64,000 bases of DNA from NCBI RefSeq assembly GCF_036321535.1, contig NC_087437.1, positions 112,160,001 through 112,224,000 of the forward strand. Reading direction: 5' to 3'. Positions 62,972-64,000 of this stretch are shown here, piece by piece (positions within the stretch are counted from its first letter, which is position 1; each line of letters begins with the position of its first letter). The notes below the pieces were generated by a model, which saw nothing but the letters and a program-made list of their open reading frames with translations, searched no databases and was not told where the DNA came from. Made by a program: the position numbers and the translations under genes. The DNA is from Camelus dromedarius (taxonomy: Eukaryota).

Positions 62972-64000
62972 ATTAGCACTTGTCCATTAGAAATATCATG
63001 TAAGCCACGTATGTCATTTTAAACTAAAGCAGCACTATATACAATAACAAGACATAGAAACAACCTAAATGTCCATAGCCAGATGACTGGATAAAGAAGC
63101 TGTGGTATATTTATACAATGGAATACTAGTCAGCCATAAAAAAGAATAAAATAATGTCATTTGCAGCAACGTGGTTGGACCTAGACATCATCATTCTAAG
63201 TGAAGTAAGCCAGAAAGAGAAAGAAAAATACTATATGATATCACTCATATGGAATCTTAAAAAAAAGAAGAAGAAGAAAGGACATTATGAACTCATCTAC
63301 ATAACAGAAACAGATTCACAGACATAGCAAACAATCTTATAGTTACTGGGAAAATGGGGTGGGAAGGGATAAATTTGGGAGTTTGAGATTTGCAAATGTT
63401 AGCTACTATATAAAAACAGATTAAAAAACAAGTGTCTTCTGTATAGCACAGGGAACTGTATTCAATATCTTCTAATAACCTTTAATGAAAAAGAATATGA
63501 AAATGAATATATACACGTATGTGCATGACGAACATTGTGCTGTACACAAGAAATTGACACATTGTAACTGACTGTACTTCAATTAAAAAAAAACTATCAT
63601 TGTAAATCAACTACACTTCAATAAAAAAAAAAAAGAACCTAATTGGGAGTTTGGGATTTGCAGATACTAACTACTATATAGAAAATAGATAAATGGCAAG
63701 GTCCTACTGTATAGCACAGGGAACTAGATTCTATATCTTGTAATAACTTATAATGAAAAAGAATATGAAAAGGAACATATATACATTAAATAAATATATA
63801 AATAAAAATAAACTAAAGCTACATTTAAATTTTTAAAACAGGTGAAATTAATTTTAATTACATTTTATTTAACCCAACATATCCAAAATAATATCATTTC
63901 AACAAATAATCAATAAAAAAACTGTTAATGAGACCTTCTACATATTTTTTCCACATACTAACTCTTCAAAATCCAGTGTGTGTTTCACATTTAGAGCACA
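62972..64000. mobile_element. MER33-like hAT element split by an L1 insertion
   Basis: tgtccattagaaata...gccac...atgtcattttaaa resumes after 63819 as aaaacaggtgaaattaattttaat...tttaacccaa...aaatccagtgtgtgtttcacatttagagcaca. Confidence 0.8.
63031..63808 (+). mobile_element. Young 5'-truncated L1 (ORF2 end + 3'UTR, polyA at about 63585-63593) followed by two more L1-tail pieces
   Basis: aaacaacctaaatgtcca...ggataaagaagctgtggtat...; flanking TSD taaactaaagc at 63020-63030 and 63809-63819. Confidence 0.88.

Overview
Mammalian, non-coding, repeat-rich DNA (intergenic or deep intronic). It is most likely camelid: seven copies of a tRNA-derived SINE match the camelid Vic-1 type as I recall it, alongside artiodactyl-type L1 3' tails. 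I recognise no cellular protein-coding exon, structural RNA gene or CRISPR array. The only recognisable ORF in the track is a decayed L1 ORF2 C-terminus (60999-61280). The window is a mosaic of old eutherian repeats (MIR, L2, MLT1/MaLR, LTR16, MER21, hAT and Tigger MITEs, old L1) and younger insertions, separated by repeat-poor blocks that look like enhancers. The most unusual structures are: (1) a ~340-bp TSD-flanked mini-L1 whose 5' head is fused to its 3' tail at an apparent splice acceptor (52523-52863); (2) a mosaic, locally templated inverted insertion inside an internally deleted L1 (60460-60816); (3) a composite L1-tail insertion inside a single TSD pair; (4) two adjacent or nested MER41-like LTRs; (5) a speculative two-exon 104-aa micro-ORF. 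Repeat family names come from recalled consensus sequences, not a database search. Boundaries of old repeats are approximate (tens of bp). I found no convincing evidence of a wholly new biological system.
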